DNA of 64,000 bases from contig JBPOGH010000004.1 of the NCBI GenBank assembly GCA_051252135.1, forward strand, positions 1 to 64,000, read 5' to 3'. Below the pieces are notes generated by a model. That model worked only from the letters and a program-made list of their open reading frames with translations. It made no database searches and was not told the origin of the DNA. The first letter of the stretch is position 1; each line of letters begins with the position of its first letter. The stretch is from Verrucomicrobiaceae bacterium. Its GTDB lineage: Bacteria; Verrucomicrobiota; Verrucomicrobiia; Verrucomicrobiales; Akkermansiaceae. Shown piece by piece: positions 60,271 through 64,000 of the stretch. The translations under genes and the position numbers were made by a program.

Positions 60271-60858
60271 GTGGAGAAAATTCCCCCTTCCTTACTACTC
60301 GGTGCCTATACGGAAGGTGTGTTTCCGATGGCGGAAGATGGGGAGATTTTTTGGTTTGCGCCGACGATGCGGGGGGTGATTCCGCTGGATGAACGTTTTC
60401 ACATTCCGAAGGGATTACGGAGGAGTTTGAAGAAGCGGCCTTTTGAAGTGCGGTGGGATACGTCCTTTCGCGAGGTGATGGAGGGATGTTCGGATCGGGA
60501 GGAGACGTGGATCGATCCGGTGATTATGGACAGTTACTGTGATCTGCATGATTTGGGCTTTGCCCATTCGGTGGAGTGCTGGGATGAGGAGGGCTTGCAG
60601 GGGGGGCTTTACGGGATTCGGATTGGGCGGGCGTTTTTTGGCGAGAGCATGTTTAGCCGGAAGACGGACGCGAGTAAGATTGCGCTGGTGAAGTTGGTGG
60701 AGTGGCTGCGTGAGGAGGGGGTGGTGTTGCTGGATACGCAGTGGATGACGGATCATCTGAGGCAGTTTGGGGGGTATGAGGTGCCGAAGGCGGAGTATGA
60801 GGTGATGTTGGCGGGGGCGCTGGAGGAGCTGAGGGGGGAGGAGGAGGGGAATGGATAA
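60271..60858 (+). CDS. aat: leucyl/phenylalanyl-tRNA--protein transferase
   Basis: LLGAY..GVFPM, AHSVECW, GGLYG, FFGESMFS, ASKIAL, LLDTQ; probable GTG start 60271. Confidence 0.95.
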   Translation: MEKIPPSLLLGAYTEGVFPMAEDGEIFWFAPTMRGVIPLDERFHIPKGLRRSLKKRPFEVRWDTSFREVMEGCSDREETWIDPVIMDSYCDLHDLGFAHSVECWDEEGLQGGLYGIRIGRAFFGESMFSRKTDASKIALVKLVEWLREEGVVLLDTQWMTDHLRQFGGYEVPKAEYEVMLAGALEELRGEEEGNG

Positions 60859-60956
60859 TTTAAGAATTGGACGAAGGGATGATTGGCTGGGTTGGGGGGA
60901 AGGGTCAGAAATGAAATTCTTTTCAAGTTTAAGGTTCTTCAGTTATCAAGTTTCAA
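60850..60956 (+). repeat. intergenic mosaic array 6
   Basis: AATGGATAATTTAAGAATTGGACGAAGGGATGATT (second copy of the 56410 module), linker variant GGCTGGGTTGGGGG, then a TCAAGTT-like AT-rich block. Confidence 0.7.
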
Positions 60957-60973
60957 TATACAATTAGGCTTCT

Positions 60974-61987
60974 ATGAGTTCACGTTCCATTCACGTTTTG
61001 CTTCTTCTGGCAGGGGCATTTTTTGGTGTGCTGATCTTTATTTTCACAAAAAATGACGAAGGTGAGCGAAGTGAAAGTGAACTGGAAAATCGGGAAAGCA
61101 GGAAACCTACGACTTTAATTGTTGAGGACTCATCAGGTAGGCCTGACGGGGAGGAAGCCGTGGTGATTTTTGAAACCGAGAGTTTTTCAAGGCGGATAGA
61201 GGAGACTCCGATCTCATTGCTTGGCGATGTGGAGAGGGAGTTTGGGGTATTAGCTCGATCTGATTGGGAATCGGCATTGAAGCTGGTGTTCGAACAACCC
61301 CCGGGAGCGAAGCGAATCCGACTTTTACAGGTCTTGTTGAGTGAGACTCCGATGAGGGATAGGGAAGGCCTCGTAAGGGCGCTGCTCGGTTCAGATGTTG
61401 AAGATGATTGGACGCGTATCGGGTTGACGCTCAACGTCATGGAAGTTCCGATATCGCCAGCTACGGCTATCGAAATGACTGGTGAGGGTCTTTGTAGGAG
61501 CGATATCCCGGCGTTGATGCTCTTGGATTATGCCGCAATTGTAGTGGTGAGAGATAGTAACGGGATAGAACCTGCGCTAGAGGTGGCCAATTCAGCACCG
61601 CCCCAGTATCGTGAATATATGGTCCGGACGATTATCCGCACGTACGCGGGAAAGAGTCCGACCGAGACGTTAAGACTTGTGTTGTCTGATGATCAGTTAT
61701 TGCAGGATGCGTTCCGCAAAGATGTTGTGAAGTCCGTTGGGCAGCGGGAAGGGCAGAACGCTGTTGAATTTGTTGCGAAGAATGCGGAGGCCAAAAATGA
61801 TTTTCAGTATTTGGAAGGCTACCTTGGAACATGGTTAAGTGCTGATTCTGTCTCGGTGGGGAATTGGGCCAATCAATTGGAGGAGGGCCCGACCAAGAAT
61901 GTCGCCAGGAAGGCGATCGTGAACTATCTCCGTGAGGCTGGTCAGGAGGAGTTGGCCCGAGAATGGGAATCGCCCCAGGTTGAGTAA
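60974..61987 (+). CDS. hypothetical membrane-anchored helical-repeat protein
   Basis: N-terminal TM; C-terminal W..D......W...L..G..K...AREW; paralog-like to 62434-63573. Confidence 0.75.
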   Translation: MSSRSIHVLLLLAGAFFGVLIFIFTKNDEGERSESELENRESRKPTTLIVEDSSGRPDGEEAVVIFETESFSRRIEETPISLLGDVEREFGVLARSDWESALKLVFEQPPGAKRIRLLQVLLSETPMRDREGLVRALLGSDVEDDWTRIGLTLNVMEVPISPATAIEMTGEGLCRSDIPALMLLDYAAIVVVRDSNGIEPALEVANSAPPQYREYMVRTIIRTYAGKSPTETLRLVLSDDQLLQDAFRKDVVKSVGQREGQNAVEFVAKNAEAKNDFQYLEGYLGTWLSADSVSVGNWANQLEEGPTKNVARKAIVNYLREAGQEELAREWESPQVE

Positions 61988-62061
61988 AGTGGGGGGAGTT
62001 CCACACGTCTGCGAAGTTTTCCGGTGCTTGATCAGGGGTAGAGGTTTCGCCACGATGAGCC

Positions 62062-62430
62062 ATGCCCGCACTTTTACGATATTTGATACTGATGGTTCTC
62101 GGGATGACTGTGGCTTGGGGTGAGGTGCGGGACGGGCTAGGGAAACACTGATTAAAGATGAAGCACGCTGAAAGGTTTAATGGATTTTTTAGGCAGGGAA
62201 GCTTCGCTTCCGAGGTGACAGGGGCTGCAGCCCTTTTGGATTCTGGCGACGTTGCTCAGGGAGCCGCTGATCATCAGCGTCACCCTTAGCGCCTTGCCAG
62301 ACTTCAAAATGACTTGCAGCAGCGAACTCCCTCTTTAATCTGCGCTTCCCTATGGAACGGGAAGCCGATGAGCGAGGAGGCGGTTAAGGCAGAGGCGTTT
62401 AGAATGGAAGGGTTTTTCAAAAAAAGGTGA
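62062..62430 (+). pseudogene. truncated, MITE-interrupted paralog of the 63738 gene
   Basis: removing the MITE and one TA gives MPALLRYLILMVLGMTVAWGEVRDGL-WNGKPMSEEAV..., matching AWGEVRDGLWNGKPLSEEVV encoded by the 63738 gene. Confidence 0.8.
62140..62350. mobile_element. MITE copy 2 (211 bp)
   Basis: TIRs GGGAAACACTGATTAAAG / CTTTAATCTGCGCTTCCC; TA duplication at 62138-39 and 62351-52; empty-site paralog near 63793-63845. Confidence 0.9.
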
Positions 62431-62433
62431 TAT

Positions 62434-63573
62434 ATGAGTATTAGGTTTAGGGCATTAGGCATCATGGCATTCTCTGTTGGGTTGGTTGCGCTCGTTTACT
62501 ATGGAGGCAACTTGAGAAATGAGGGGGATGGTGCTCCCCAATCTGGTGATAAAGGAAGAGAGGTTCCTCAAGTTGTCGTGAATCAGAAGGTTTCCGAAAA
62601 TTCTAAAATAGGTGGGTCGCATGAAAGAATAGGCAGCCCAAAGAATAGTGTTCGACAGTGGAGTGTTAAGGAGATTGGAGGATTTGATGTGGTTGCTTGT
62701 GAGGAAGGGATTGCTGAAGCGCTTGAAAACCTGGAAGGTGATGAAGAACGGAGGGTGCTAGGGCGTCTATTTAAGCGCCTTGGTGAAATTAGTCCTGCGG
62801 CGGCGATTGCGCGCCTCGAATTGATTCCATATGGTGAGACCCGGCAGAGGGTGTTGGAATCGACCTTTTGGGGAATTGTCAAAAATGGGGAGATTAAGGG
62901 GCTGGAGATGGTTGAGGTGCTTGAAATGGATGAAGAGAAGAAGCGAGCCCGGGCGATTGTGGTGGATCAGCTTTATCGGCGATCGAGTCGTGAGGTTGCG
63001 AATCTCATTAACGAGATTGGTCGAGCTGATGTGTCTATTCGGCTCGCTGTTATCAACGCACTTGGGGTTTCAGCGGGAAGAGAAGGTCTCAGTTGGAATG
63101 AGTTTAAAGATAAACTCCAGGTGATTGATCCTGAGGATCAACATTTGGCTTCCGATAAATGGATTTCATCCCGAGTAAGTGAAAACATTGGAAAACTGGT
63201 TGAAGAGATTGATGCTGGAAATATTCCTTCCGAAGTGATCGAGCCAAAGCTGCCTGAGGTAGCCCTAACCTATGCGCAGCAGAAGCCCAGAAGCGCCAGT
63301 GAATGGCTGAGTACGTTTCCAGATTCGGATTCCAGGAATCTAGCGATTAAGGCGAGTGTAGGGATGTGGCTGGCTCAAAATACAGAAGAAGCAGGTATCT
63401 GGGTCAATGATCTTCCAGAGGGGTCAGCAAAGGATTATTCTCGGCTTGCTTTGGTAGGATACCTTGCGAAGGAGAAAGATTTTGAATTTGCCAAAGAGTG
63501 GGCTTCCGCAATCAGAGATGAGGAAGTAAAGCGGCGTGCTCAGGCAGAATTAGAAATCTATTCGGGGAATTAA
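62434..63573 (+). CDS. hypothetical membrane-anchored helical-repeat protein
   Basis: N-terminal TM; repeats P..A..WL..FP...R..A and W...LPEG..KD...AKEW; AT-richer than the flanks. Confidence 0.8.
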   Translation: MSIRFRALGIMAFSVGLVALVYYGGNLRNEGDGAPQSGDKGREVPQVVVNQKVSENSKIGGSHERIGSPKNSVRQWSVKEIGGFDVVACEEGIAEALENLEGDEERRVLGRLFKRLGEISPAAAIARLELIPYGETRQRVLESTFWGIVKNGEIKGLEMVEVLEMDEEKKRARAIVVDQLYRRSSREVANLINEIGRADVSIRLAVINALGVSAGREGLSWNEFKDKLQVIDPEDQHLASDKWISSRVSENIGKLVEEIDAGNIPSEVIEPKLPEVALTYAQQKPRSASEWLSTFPDSDSRNLAIKASVGMWLAQNTEEAGIWVNDLPEGSAKDYSRLALVGYLAKEKDFEFAKEWASAIRDEEVKRRAQAELEIYSGN

Positions 63574-63583
63574 GGGGGGGATT

Positions 63584-63638
63584 AGGAATTGGGAATTGGG
63601 AATTGGGAATTGGGAATTGGGAATTGCTGGGTTGGGGG
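63584..63638 (+). repeat. heptamer tandem repeat GGGAATT (5 perfect + 1 imperfect) followed by a linker variant (array 7)
   Basis: AGGAATT (GGGAATT)5 G CTGGGTTGGGGG. Confidence 0.85.
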
Positions 63639-63737
63639 CGAGGGCGTGGATTTTACGAATTGGGGTTATCTTGGTGGGGGGTGCTTGAGGGGTGGGTCGT
63701 GCTTGATTGAGGGGGGGAGTTGTTTCATCTTGTGGGG

Positions 63738-64000
63738 ATGTTTGGTTTGGTTCGCTTGTTGGTTTTGGTTGCTCTGGTGGGTGGTGGTGCGTGGGGTGAG
63801 GTGCGGGACGGGCTTTGGAACGGGAAGCCGCTGAGCGAGGAGGTGGTGATGGAGGGGGTGAGGACGGGGGATGCGGAGGCGTTGGCGGAGTGGGCTTATT
63901 GGGCGCGGGTGGGTTGGGGAGGGGTGGGGCCGGATGAGGGGGCGGTGTTTTTTGCGGCGGCGAGATCGGCAGCGATGGGGAGTGCTTACGGGAAGGCGAT
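63738..64000 (+). CDS. exported Sel1-like repeat protein, 5' part (runs off window end; absent from the ORF track)
   Basis: manual translation MFGLVRLLVLVALVGGGAWGEVRDGLWNGKPLSEEVVMEGVRTGDAEALAEWAYWARVGWGGVGPDEGAVFFAAARSAAMGSAYGKA; open to the end, Sel1-like spacing. Confidence 0.7.
   Translation, partial: MFGLVRLLVLVALVGGGAWGEVRDGLWNGKPLSEEVVMEGVRTGDAEALAEWAYWARVGWGGVGPDEGAVFFAAARSAAMGSAYGKA

Noticed and set aside
60955..60976. ATTAGGC before the 60974 ATG as an attC core site
   Set aside because: It is a single degenerate 7-mer with no matching attC hairpin after the gene.
63589..63834. 81-aa ORF MGIGNWELGIGN...
   Set aside because: It is a translation of the GGGAATT heptamer repeat and overlaps the better-supported gene starting at 63738 in another frame.

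Overview
A GC-rich bacterial chromosome window, most likely from Verrucomicrobiota. This is inferred from a PEP-CTERM protein, a DUF1592/DUF1552 gene pair, sulfatases and the families of secreted proteins. It starts at the 3' end of a 5S rRNA. It carries housekeeping genes (argF, avtA, lpxK, moaA, a menF-like gene, tpiA, pgk, plsX-rpmF-yceD, aat) and glycan-use genes (two SSS transporters, a sulfatase, a GH2, another glycoside hydrolase, a homologue of fungal GaaA galacturonate reductase), plus several large secreted proteins. The + strand is strikingly G-rich whatever the gene direction, which explains the many spurious shadow ORFs. The main non-coding observations are three. (1) Seven intergenic mosaic arrays, all on the same strand, in which unrelated short repeat or REP-like modules are joined by a recurrent linker GGCTTGGTTGRGGGG. 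(2) A TA-targeting MITE in two copies; one has a visible empty-site paralog in the window and the other appears to supply a gene's start codon. (3) A possible decayed attC-like cassette pair. Three unrelated exported proteins also share a C-terminal Y-x-x-E-x-S-x-D-L...F-[YL]-R domain that may be a sorting signal. No CRISPR, tRNA, transposase or integrase was seen. All family calls come from motif recognition by eye, not from database searches.
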